This document shows positions 1 through 8,161 of a stretch of 48,624 nucleotides of DNA, in pieces. Origin of the DNA: Chloroflexota bacterium (GTDB lineage: Bacteria > Chloroflexota > Anaerolineae > B4-G1). The notes beneath the pieces were generated by a model, which saw only the letters and a list, made by a program, of their open reading frames with translations, searched no databases and had not been told where the DNA came from. The stretch is from NCBI GenBank assembly GCA_011048615.1, contig DSDT01000399.1, forward strand, positions 1 through 48,624. The letters are read 5' to 3'. Position 1 is the stretch's first letter. The number at the start of each line of letters is the position of its first letter. Position numbers and translations under genes: made by a program.

Positions 1-252
1 CGCCGCCGGCGGCGCAGGGCCGCGCGTCTCGAGTTCCAGCTCGGCTCGCGCCAGGGCGATGGCGATGGCTGCGACTTGCCGTTGACTGTCTGCCTCTTTC
101 CTGGCCGGCCGGTCGGCGACTGGCGGCGGCTCGCGGTCCTTGATCAGGGCGGTCATCAGGTACATCAGGCCGTAGAGCATCGCCAGCGCTGCAAAAAGCA
201 TCACCAGGCCGATGCTCGAGATGGTCAAGGCCTGAAGGATTGAACTATTCAT
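1..252 (-). CDS. OadG/MmdD-like small membrane subunit of a biotin-dependent (Na+-translocating type) decarboxylase; partial, 3' end runs off the window
   Basis: Absent from the ORF track because no stop is reached. Complement ATG at 252..250 reads MNSSILQALTISSIGLVMLFAALAMLYGLMYLMTALIKDREPP...QVAAIAIALARAELE, open to position 1. It has one N-terminal TM helix plus an Ala/Ile-rich AAIAIALA tail, as in OadG-family proteins. The start overlaps the NUDIX stop by 8 nt. Confidence 0.5.
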   Translation of the reverse strand, partial: MNSSILQALTISSIGLVMLFAALAMLYGLMYLMTALIKDREPPPVADRPARKEADSQRQVAAIAIALARAELELETRGPAPPAA

Positions 253-808
253 CCGCTCTCCTATCCTCTCGGTCGAGATGTAACAGGGCCAACGCGACGG
301 TGCTGGCCCACGGCAGCGATTTAAACGCTCCTGCTGCCAGGGCGGCTTCGATGTCGGCGCGGGAAAGCAGGAGCAGCTCTTGCTCCTCCAGGTCGTCAGC
401 GTCCGGTTCTGCCACGTGCTGCGCCCCCCGGGCCAGGAAGATGTGCGCTGCACCGGCCCCTCGGTTGCCATCCACCACATAGTCTCCCAGGAGGATCCAT
501 TCCGCCGCCTGGTAGCCCGTCTCTTCGAGCAGTTCCCGTTGGGCCGTTTCCAAGGGGTCCTCCCCCGGTTCCAGGTATCCTCCCACAGGAGCCAACGAGG
601 TGCCTTCTACGCCATACTTGGTCTGGCGGAAGCAGAGAAACCGCTGGTTCTCGGTAACGGCCAGCACGTTGATGTAATCCGGCGTGATCACCCATGTCCA
701 GTTCGGGATCACGTGCCCATCGGGCAGTTCGATGGTGTGTTCCTCGACGATGAGGTAGGGGCTGTGATCCAGTTTGGTGCGGCGGGATAGGGTCTTCCAG
801 GGTTGCAT
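245..808 (-). CDS. NUDIX hydrolase (ADP-ribose pyrophosphatase-like)
   Basis: Clear Nudix box: GGYLEPGEDPLETAQRELLEETGY. 187 aa. There is a 3-nt gap to the upstream carboxyltransferase. Confidence 0.85.
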   Translation of the reverse strand: MQPWKTLSRRTKLDHSPYLIVEEHTIELPDGHVIPNWTWVITPDYINVLAVTENQRFLCFRQTKYGVEGTSLAPVGGYLEPGEDPLETAQRELLEETGYQAAEWILLGDYVVDGNRGAGAAHIFLARGAQHVAEPDADDLEEQELLLLSRADIEAALAAGAFKSLPWASTVALALLHLDREDRRADE

Positions 809-811
809 CGC

Positions 812-2386
812 TCACAACGGAATGTTGCCGTGCTTTTTGGGCAGCGGCGTGGCCTGCTTGTCGCGCAGGAAATCCAGCGCAGCGATCAGCCTGACCCGCG
901 TCTCGCTGGGCAGGATGACGTCGTCCACGTGACCGCTGGCGGCGGCGGCATAAGGGCTGCCGAACTGGTCGCGAAACTCGGCCACGAACTGCTCCCGCAC
1001 CATTTCCGGATCCTCCACCTGGGCCAGCTTTTTCCGGTAGAGGATGTTGACCGCGCCTTCGGCCCCCATCACTGCGATCTCGGCCGTGGGCCAGGCGTAG
1101 ACCAGATCGGTGCGGGTGTACTTGCTGCTCATCACGATGTAGGCCCCGCCGTACGCTTTGCGGACGACGATGGTGATCTTGGGCACCGTCGCCTCCGAGT
1201 AGGCGTAGACGATCTTGGCCCCGTGCCGGATGATGCCGCCGTGTTCCTGCACGCTGCCGGGCATAAAGCCGGGACAATCCACAAAGGTGACGAGGGGGAT
1301 GCTGAACGCGTCGCAGAAGCGGACAAAGCGCGCGATCTTGTCCGAGGCGTTGATGTCGAGCACGCCGGCCATGTGAGCCGGCTGGTTGGCGACGATGCCC
1401 ACCACCTCACCGTGGAGACGGGCGAAACCGACCACCGCGTTGGGGGCAAAGCGGGCCTGCACCTCGAAAAAGCTGTCCCGGTCAAAGATGGTTACGAGGG
1501 CCTCCCGAACGTTGTAGGACTGGCTGCCATCGACGGGGACCAGGCTGTCCAGCGCCGGGTCGGCCCGGTGTGGGTCGTCGGTCGGTGGGATGCGGGGGGC
1601 AGGGGCGACGTTGTTCGACGGCAGGTAGTCGAGCAGCCGCCGGGTGAGGGCCAGGGCCTCGTCCTCGTCGGCGGCCACAAAGTGAGCCACCCCGCTGATG
1701 CTGGCGTGGGCCTGTGCCCCCCCCAGCGTGTCGAAATCCACCTCTTCTCCGGTCACTGTCTGGATCACTTGTGGGCCGGTGATGAACATGTGGCTGATGC
1801 CCTCGGTCATGATGATGAAATCGGTCAGACCGGGGGAGTAGACGGAGCCGCCGGCGCACGGACCCAACATCACGCTGATCTGGGGGATGACGCCGCTGGC
1901 CTGGGTATTGCGCCAGAACAACTCACTGTATCCGGCCAAACTCCACACTCCCTCCTGGATGCGCGCGCCGACCGAATCGTTCAGCGCGACAAAGGGCACG
2001 CCGGACCCGATGGCCAGGTCCAGTATCTGGCACACCTTTTGCGCCTGCACCTCGGAGAAAGAGCCGCCGATGACGGTAAAATCCTGGGCTGCGACGGCGA
2101 CCTTGCGCCCGTCCACCTGGCCGAACCCCACCACCACGCTGTCGCCGGGGAATCTCTTTTCGTCCAGTTCGAAGGCGGTGTGGCGGTGGGTGATGTAGGG
2201 GGCGACTTCTTGGAACGTGCCGGGGTCGAGCAGCCGGGCGATGCGCTCCCGGGCGGTCAGTTTCCCCTTGGTGTGCTGCTGCTGGACAGCGCGTGATCCG
2301 CCTCCTTGTTGCGTCTCGGCGCGGCGGCGGAGCAGTTCCTCGTTTGCTTGATCGGCTGGGCTGGACTGGCTCTCTTTGGTCTCCAT
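812..2386 (-). CDS. Acyl-CoA carboxylase carboxyltransferase subunit (methylmalonyl-CoA decarboxylase alpha / propionyl-CoA carboxylase beta family)
   Basis: Family-typical N-terminus (QQQHTKGKLTARERIARLLDPGTFQE) followed by two carboxyltransferase halves. I moved the start to ATG 2386 (METKESQ), which is preceded by a GAGGAG Shine-Dalgarno. The ORF itself extends to 2452. Confidence 0.9.
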   Translation of the reverse strand: METKESQSSPADQANEELLRRRAETQQGGGSRAVQQQHTKGKLTARERIARLLDPGTFQEVAPYITHRHTAFELDEKRFPGDSVVVGFGQVDGRKVAVAAQDFTVIGGSFSEVQAQKVCQILDLAIGSGVPFVALNDSVGARIQEGVWSLAGYSELFWRNTQASGVIPQISVMLGPCAGGSVYSPGLTDFIIMTEGISHMFITGPQVIQTVTGEEVDFDTLGGAQAHASISGVAHFVAADEDEALALTRRLLDYLPSNNVAPAPRIPPTDDPHRADPALDSLVPVDGSQSYNVREALVTIFDRDSFFEVQARFAPNAVVGFARLHGEVVGIVANQPAHMAGVLDINASDKIARFVRFCDAFSIPLVTFVDCPGFMPGSVQEHGGIIRHGAKIVYAYSEATVPKITIVVRKAYGGAYIVMSSKYTRTDLVYAWPTAEIAVMGAEGAVNILYRKKLAQVEDPEMVREQFVAEFRDQFGSPYAAAASGHVDDVILPSETRVRLIAALDFLRDKQATPLPKKHGNIPL

Positions 2387-2528
2387 ACCGTCTCCTCGTT
2401 GTAGAACCTTTTGGGTCTCTGCGGGTCCATCGTTGGGGCGGGTCAAGTTCAAGCTACATTATAGTAGTGAAGGGGTGACGGGTCAAGCCGAGGGGAAGCG
2501 GCACGCCTGGCGTTGGCGATTCGTCAAT

Positions 2529-2557
2529 TTGACATTGTGAGCCTAGTGGTATACAGT
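2529..2557 (+). promoter_or_regulatory. Sigma-70-like promoter: TTGACA-17 nt-TACAGT
   Basis: TTGACA at 2529..2534, 17-nt spacer, TACAGT at 2552..2557. It lies about 40 nt upstream of ATG 2599, which has an AGGAGAG SD. Confidence 0.35.
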
Positions 2558-2653
2558 ATTCGGCAGCATCGTCGGCGTTAGCTGGGTCAGGAGAGGGCAT
2601 GTCGAAAAGCGCGCGCGATCTTTTGATACGGGGCAAGGCGGCGGCCAAGGCCG

Positions 2654-3025
2654 GTGAACGGGTTCGATCTGGACGGACTGGTGGTCTACGATTCGCGCTA
2701 TCTGGCCGATTGGCCCGCCGAGACCTACCAGATCCCGGCAGCCAATGCCTCCCTCGTCGCCCGCCGGCAGGTTTTGGAAGAGATGCGGAAACAGGTGACC
2801 TACGGCGCCTTTGGGCAGGTCAAGGATGTGAGCGTCAGCTCGGCCGGCCTGATCGTTGAATACTTCAAGCTGGTGCTGCTGCCGCTGTGGATCGGGCGAT
2901 ATCGCGAGGCGGATGAGGAGAGGGAGTACACCGTCGTCGTCAACGGTCAGACCGGGGGCGTCACCGGGGAAAGGCCAGCGCGGGGCCTGCGCCGGCTGTG
3001 GTCGTGGTTGATGGGGGAGGAGTGA
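2654..3025 (+). CDS. Hypothetical protein; resembles only the C-terminal domain of a larger Chloroflexi-type protein (possible gene remnant, see findings)
   Basis: 123-aa ORF with good codon bias (YLADWPAETYQIP...VVVNGQTGGVTGERP). The promoter and SD-served ATG at 2599 are in a different frame. Confidence 0.45.
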   Translation: MNGFDLDGLVVYDSRYLADWPAETYQIPAANASLVARRQVLEEMRKQVTYGAFGQVKDVSVSSAGLIVEYFKLVLLPLWIGRYREADEEREYTVVVNGQTGGVTGERPARGLRRLWSWLMGEE

Positions 3026-3036
3026 GGAGTCTGGAA

Positions 3037-4206
3037 TTGGAAACTGGAGCAGATGTGGTGATCATTGGCGCGGGCGTCATCGGCTGCAGCACGGCCTACC
3101 ACCTGGCCCGCATGGGGATAACAGACGTTGTCATCGTCGAGATGGAGCAGGTGGGCGCCGGTACGTCCAGCAAATCCGCCTCCATGCTGAGCTTGCAGTT
3201 TTGTGGCGCCGAGCTGGTAGCGCGCATGACGCGCTATTGCTACGATCGGTATATGCAGTTCGAGGAGGAGCTGGGCACGCCCATTGATTTCACCCCGATC
3301 GGCTGGCTGTCATTGGCGACCGAGGAGACCGCCGACCACCTGCGCCAGACGGCCGAGATGCTCCAGTCTCTCGACATCGAGACCGAGATCCTGACGCCGG
3401 AGGAGATCGCATACCGGTATCCCGCTATCCGGGTTGATGACCTGGTGCTGGGCACCTGGGGGCCGGGTGACGGGCCGTTGGACCCGCACATGGTGATGTG
3501 GGGGTACGTCGGGCGGGCGCGGGAGATGGGGGTCAGGTTGCGCCAGGGGGTGCGCGCCACCGGCATCCGCGTGGTGGGCGGGCGAGTGGTCGGCGTCGAG
3601 ACCGACGCGGGATTCGTGGCGACGGGGACGGTGGTCAACGCTGGCGGTCCTTGGGCCATCGAGATCGGCCGCTGGCTCGGCCTCGAGATCCCGATCATCA
3701 ACGCCGCCCGCAGCATCCTGGTCACCGGGCCGTTTCCAGACATTCCGTCCGACTGGCCGTTCGTGGAGGACGTGACCGTGGAGTGGTACGTCCGCCCCGA
3801 GGGGCCGGGTCTGTTGATGGGGATGGGAGTCACGCCCACCGATCAGTTGGACATCCCCTTCCGCATGGAGGTGGCATACGAGATGATAGACACGGCGGTC
3901 CATCGGGTGCCCGTATTGGAGCACGCGCCCTTTATGACCGGCTGGACGGGCGTCCGCCCCATGACGCTGGACGACCTGCCGATCCTGGGCCCGGTCCACG
4001 AGGTGGAGGGGGTGGTGTTGAACTGTGGATGGGGCGGCACGGGCATCATCCACGCTCCTCTCGCGGGACAACTGGCGGCCGAGTACGTCGCCCAGGGGCG
4101 GACGCAGACGCTGGACCTGCACCCGTTTCGGATGGAGCGGTTTGCAGGGGTGAACGTGCGAGAGGTGGCCGACCTGCGGGTCCATAGCCGGCAGGCTGGG
4201 GCCTAG
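3037..4206 (+). CDS. FAD-dependent oxidoreductase (DAO / sarcosine oxidase beta / glycine oxidase-like)
   Basis: N-terminal dinucleotide-binding fold: DVVIIGAGVIGCSTAYHLARMG. DAO-family length. The start is uncertain: the ORF opens at GTG 2998, and I prefer TTG 3037, which lies 7 nt after GAGGAG. Confidence 0.8.
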   Translation: METGADVVIIGAGVIGCSTAYHLARMGITDVVIVEMEQVGAGTSSKSASMLSLQFCGAELVARMTRYCYDRYMQFEEELGTPIDFTPIGWLSLATEETADHLRQTAEMLQSLDIETEILTPEEIAYRYPAIRVDDLVLGTWGPGDGPLDPHMVMWGYVGRAREMGVRLRQGVRATGIRVVGGRVVGVETDAGFVATGTVVNAGGPWAIEIGRWLGLEIPIINAARSILVTGPFPDIPSDWPFVEDVTVEWYVRPEGPGLLMGMGVTPTDQLDIPFRMEVAYEMIDTAVHRVPVLEHAPFMTGWTGVRPMTLDDLPILGPVHEVEGVVLNCGWGGTGIIHAPLAGQLAAEYVAQGRTQTLDLHPFRMERFAGVNVREVADLRVHSRQAGA

Positions 4207-4250
4207 GAACGCCAGCATCTTGCTGGCATCAACAGTCAGGAGGTGAAAAC

Positions 4251-5153
4251 GTGCTGGCGAGACCGGGATTCCCAAGTTTCGATTACGTGAGGGCTGATAC
4301 CCCTGCCCAGGTGGTCCGCTTGCTGGAGGAACATGGGGAGGCGGCGCGGTTGTTGATGGGCGGCACCGATCTCTTGGTGCGCATGCGGGATGGCGTGATC
4401 CGGCCACGGCTGGTGGTGGACGTCAAGCACTTGCCCGGCATGGACGACGTGGTCTGCGCCGCACAGGGTGATCTCACAGCAGGGGCGGCTGTCACGATGA
4501 ATCAGTTGGCCGCACACCCCGACGTGCGGGCGCGCTATCCTGGGCTGGCCGAGGCGGCCAGATCCGTCGCCTCGTATCAACTGCGCAACCGGGCCACGTT
4601 GGGGGGCAACCTGTGCAATGGCTCCCCGGCCGCCGACACCGGGCCGGCCGTACTGGTGCTGGAAGGGCGGATGATCCTCTATGGCAACCACGCGCCATCT
4701 CCTGTGCGGGAGGTGCCGGCGGGCGAGTTTTTCCTCGGCCCGGGCCGGACGGCGCTCCAGGCCGGGGAGTTGATGGTGGGGGTGCGGTTTCCGCCTCCAC
4801 CGGCCGGGAGCGTGGGGCGGTATCTCAAGCTGGGCCGCAACCGGGCCGGCGACCTGGCGGTCGTCGGGGTGGCCGTGCTCGGTTTTCCCGACGACACGGC
4901 TCCTTCCGGCTATCGCTTCCGCATCGGGCTGGCGTCGGTGTCGCCGACGGTGATACGGGCGTGGGAGGCGGAGGAGGTGCTGGCGGAGGGTCCACCGGGA
5001 GAGGCCACCTTTGTCCGGGCGGCGGAGCAGGCCATGGAGGCGGCCCGTCCCATTGATGATGTGCGGGCCAGCGCTGCCTACCGCGCGGCCATGGTGCGGA
5101 ACTTGACGCTGCGCGGCCTGCGCCAGGTGTGGGAACGGTTGTGTGAGATATGA
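4251..5153 (+). CDS. Xanthine dehydrogenase family, FAD-binding (medium, CoxM/CutM-like) subunit
   Basis: About 300 aa with LLMGGTDLLVRMR and ATLGGNLCNGSPAADT motifs of molybdopterin-dehydrogenase FAD-binding domains. GTG start follows an AGGAGGTG SD. Confidence 0.85.
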   Translation: MLARPGFPSFDYVRADTPAQVVRLLEEHGEAARLLMGGTDLLVRMRDGVIRPRLVVDVKHLPGMDDVVCAAQGDLTAGAAVTMNQLAAHPDVRARYPGLAEAARSVASYQLRNRATLGGNLCNGSPAADTGPAVLVLEGRMILYGNHAPSPVREVPAGEFFLGPGRTALQAGELMVGVRFPPPPAGSVGRYLKLGRNRAGDLAVVGVAVLGFPDDTAPSGYRFRIGLASVSPTVIRAWEAEEVLAEGPPGEATFVRAAEQAMEAARPIDDVRASAAYRAAMVRNLTLRGLRQVWERLCEI

Positions 5154-5161
5154 GGTGAGCG

Positions 5162-5632
5162 ATGAGTAGACATACAATTTCTGTGACGGTCAACGGGAGC
5201 GCAGAGTACGTGGACGTTCCTTCCAACATGACGCTGCTCCAGATGCTGCGGGAGAAGCTGGCACTGACGGGCACCAAGAACGGCTGCGAGGCGGGCGAGT
5301 GCGGTGCGTGCACGGTGCTGTTGGACGGCGAACCGGTCAACGCCTGCATGGTGTTGGCCGTCGAAGTTGATGGCCGGGAGGTGACTACCGTCGAGGGGCT
5401 GGCGCACGACGGTCAACTGGATGTGGTTCAGCAGGCGTTCGTGGAGGAGGGCGGGGTGCAGTGTGGGTTCTGCACGCCCGGCATGCTCATCTCGGCTCAC
5501 TCTCTGCTGGACCGGAACCCCCACCCCACCGAGGAAGAGATTCGCCAGGCGTTGGTGGGCAATCTGTGCCGCTGCACCGGCTACACTCGCATCGTGCGGG
5601 CAGTGCAGAAAGCGGCGCGAGGGAGGGTGTGA
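5162..5632 (+). CDS. Xanthine dehydrogenase family, [2Fe-2S]-binding small (CoxS-like) subunit
   Basis: Two Fe-S cysteine clusters: GCEAGECGACTV and CGFCTPGM...CRCTGY. 156 aa. Confidence 0.9.
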   Translation: MSRHTISVTVNGSAEYVDVPSNMTLLQMLREKLALTGTKNGCEAGECGACTVLLDGEPVNACMVLAVEVDGREVTTVEGLAHDGQLDVVQQAFVEEGGVQCGFCTPGMLISAHSLLDRNPHPTEEEIRQALVGNLCRCTGYTRIVRAVQKAARGRV

Positions 5633-5633
5633 C

Positions 5634-8012
5634 ATGGCGAAGGATACGCAAACTGTCGATCCCGTGGGCAAGAGCGTGCCCCGGCTGGACGCTTTCGACA
5701 AGGTGACCGGAGCGGCGCAGTTCACCGACGATCTCCAGTTTGGGCCGGGACTGCTCCACGGGCGGGTGGTGCGCAGTCCCCATCCCCACGCCCTGATCCG
5801 GCGGGTGGATGGGGGCCGGGCGCTGGCGGTTCCAGGGGTCAAGGCGGTCGTCACCGGAGAGGATACTCCTGGCTTCATCGGCCTCTATTTGAAGGACCGG
5901 CACATCTTTTGTACCGACCGGGTGCGGTACGTGGGCGACCCGGTGGCGGGGGTGATCGCCGTCAGCGAGGAGATTGCCGAGGATGCGGCCCGGCTGGTCG
6001 AGGTCGAGTACGAGGTGCTGGAGGGCGTCTTTGATCCCCTGACCGCCTTTCAACCCGACGCCCCACTTCTGCACCCCGATCTGGGGTCCTACGAGGTGGT
6101 GCCGTTCATCTTTCCCCGGCCCGGCAGCAACGTCTCCAACGTCTTTCGAGTGCGCAAGGGAGACGTGGATGCGGCCTGGGCGGAGTGTGACTGTATCATC
6201 GAGGAGACCTACCGCGTGCCCCACATCCAGCACGTGCCCATCGAGCCGCACGTGGCGGTCGCTCGCTGGGATGCGTCGGGGGAGGTGACGCTGTGGAGCT
6301 CGACCCAATCCCCGTTCGCGCAGCGGGATCTGATCGCCCAGACGCTGGGGGTCTCGCAGGGGGATATGCGGGTGATCGGGAATTACATCGGCGGCGGCTT
6401 TGGCTCCAAGGCTGGGGTCTCGATGGAGGCATTAGCCGTGGCGATGGCCCGGCGGGTGATCGGCCGTCCGGTCAAGGTCCGCCTGACCCGCGAGGAAGAG
6501 TTTTGCTGTGCTTTTGTGCGGCAGGGGTTGGTGGCCAAGGTCAAAATCGGTGGTACCAAGGCGGGACAGATCCTCGCGCTGGCGGTCGAGTATTACTGGG
6601 ATGCCGGGGCGTATACCGAGTACGGCGTCAACATCACCCGGGCGGCGGGTTACTCCTCCACCGGACCGTACACCATCCCCAACGTCAAGACCGACTCTTA
6701 CTGCCTGTACACCAACCACCCGGTCGGCGGGCCGATGCGCGGTTTCGGGATGCCGGAAATTCACTGGTCCATCGAGCAGTCGGTGGACCGGCTGGCAGAG
6801 GCGCTGGATTGGGACCCGGTCCAGTTTAGGCTCAGGAACTGTGTGCAGGGCGGCGACAAGATTGTCACCGGCATGGTGATGCATCCGGTGGGGCTGTCCG
6901 AGTGTATCGAGCGGGCGGCGCGGGCGGTTGAGTGGGGGAAGCAAGAACCACCCACGGCCCCGCACAAGAGGCGTGGGAAGGGGATCGCCATCTGCTGGAA
7001 GGCCCCGGCTATGCCGCCCAACCCCGGCTCTGAGGCGTGGGTGCGCTTCAACGAGGACGGGACCGTCAGCGTGGGCGTGGGGGGACAGGAGTTGGGGCAG
7101 GGAGTCTTTACCGTCGCCGCGCAGATGGCGGCCCAGGCATTGGGTGTGCCCTACGAGTGGGTGCGCATCTCCCACCCGGTGGACACCAAGTACAGCCCCT
7201 ACGAGTGGCAGACGGTTGCCAGCCGCATCACCTGGTCTATGGGTAATGCCATCAAGGCGGCGGCCGAGGACGCCCGGCAGCAGATTCTAGAGATCGTAGC
7301 CCGGCATTGGGACGAATCGCCCGATGAACTGGACATCCGGGGCGGTGAGGTGATCTCGTATCGGAGCGAGCGGTCGCTTCCTCTCGCGTCTATGGTGGTC
7401 TACGGCCTGCCCCGGCCGGACGATCAGGGCTGGATCGGCGGGCCGATCATAGGACGGGGCAGCTTTATGCCTACCTATGTGACGGGTTTGGACCCAGAAA
7501 CCGGTCAGGGCGAGCGGGCGGTGGTCCATTATACCACCGGCGCCCAGGCAGTCGAGGTGGAGGTGGACACGGAGACGGGGCAGATCGAGATTTTGCGCCT
7601 GGCGGCGGTCTATGACGTGGGCAAGGCGATCAACCCGAACCAGGTGCAGGCTCAACTGGAGGGCGGCGTGGTGCAGGGGGCCAGCTCAGCCTTGTTCGAG
7701 GCGCTCCTGTTCGAGGAGGGGCGACCGTTGAATCCCTCCTTCGTGGACTATCGCATCGTGACGGCGGTGGATGCGCCGCGCCAGATCGTTGGCGGGTACG
7801 TCGAGGTGCCACAGGATGACGGCCCGTGGGGCGCGCGGGGGGTGGGGGAGCATCCTATGATCGCCACGGCCCCGGCCATCGCTAACGCGGTCTACGATGC
7901 GCTGGGTCTGCGTTTCAACGACTTGCCGCTGACGGCGGAGCGGGTGTTCATGGCCCTGCGAGAGTGCGAGGGGAACAAGGGCTCGCGTGGATTCCTGCGG
8001 GCGCGGGAATGA
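5634..8012 (+). CDS. Xanthine dehydrogenase family molybdopterin-binding large subunit (aldehyde oxidoreductase-like)
   Basis: Start refined to ATG 5634 (MAKDTQTVDPVGKSVPRLDAFDKVTGAAQFTDD), 1 nt after the small-subunit stop. GGGFGSK, GGPMRGFGMPE and a C-terminal GVGEHPM motif are present. Confidence 0.9.
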   Translation: MAKDTQTVDPVGKSVPRLDAFDKVTGAAQFTDDLQFGPGLLHGRVVRSPHPHALIRRVDGGRALAVPGVKAVVTGEDTPGFIGLYLKDRHIFCTDRVRYVGDPVAGVIAVSEEIAEDAARLVEVEYEVLEGVFDPLTAFQPDAPLLHPDLGSYEVVPFIFPRPGSNVSNVFRVRKGDVDAAWAECDCIIEETYRVPHIQHVPIEPHVAVARWDASGEVTLWSSTQSPFAQRDLIAQTLGVSQGDMRVIGNYIGGGFGSKAGVSMEALAVAMARRVIGRPVKVRLTREEEFCCAFVRQGLVAKVKIGGTKAGQILALAVEYYWDAGAYTEYGVNITRAAGYSSTGPYTIPNVKTDSYCLYTNHPVGGPMRGFGMPEIHWSIEQSVDRLAEALDWDPVQFRLRNCVQGGDKIVTGMVMHPVGLSECIERAARAVEWGKQEPPTAPHKRRGKGIAICWKAPAMPPNPGSEAWVRFNEDGTVSVGVGGQELGQGVFTVAAQMAAQALGVPYEWVRISHPVDTKYSPYEWQTVASRITWSMGNAIKAAAEDARQQILEIVARHWDESPDELDIRGGEVISYRSERSLPLASMVVYGLPRPDDQGWIGGPIIGRGSFMPTYVTGLDPETGQGERAVVHYTTGAQAVEVEVDTETGQIEILRLAAVYDVGKAINPNQVQAQLEGGVVQGASSALFEALLFEEGRPLNPSFVDYRIVTAVDAPRQIVGGYVEVPQDDGPWGARGVGEHPMIATAPAIANAVYDALGLRFNDLPLTAERVFMALRECEGNKGSRGFLRARE

Positions 8013-8161
8013 CAGTGGGAATGATGGGCTTGTAGCAGCGTAGGATGAGCAGTTATCTCAAATAGATTGAAAAGGAGGGCAAGTTAGGCTCTAGGCCGAA
8101 AACGGGGTAAGCCCGCCTTGGGCGTAGGATGAGCAATGATGGCCTGGACATGTAAAGCGAG

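Noticed and set aside
4251-8012. The M-S-L subunit order resembles coxMSL, suggesting an aerobic carbon monoxide dehydrogenase.
   Set aside because: The large subunit has GGPMRGFGMPE where CODH form I and form II carry the AYRCSFR and AYRGAGR active-site loops. It is therefore a generic xanthine dehydrogenase / aldehyde oxidoreductase family enzyme.
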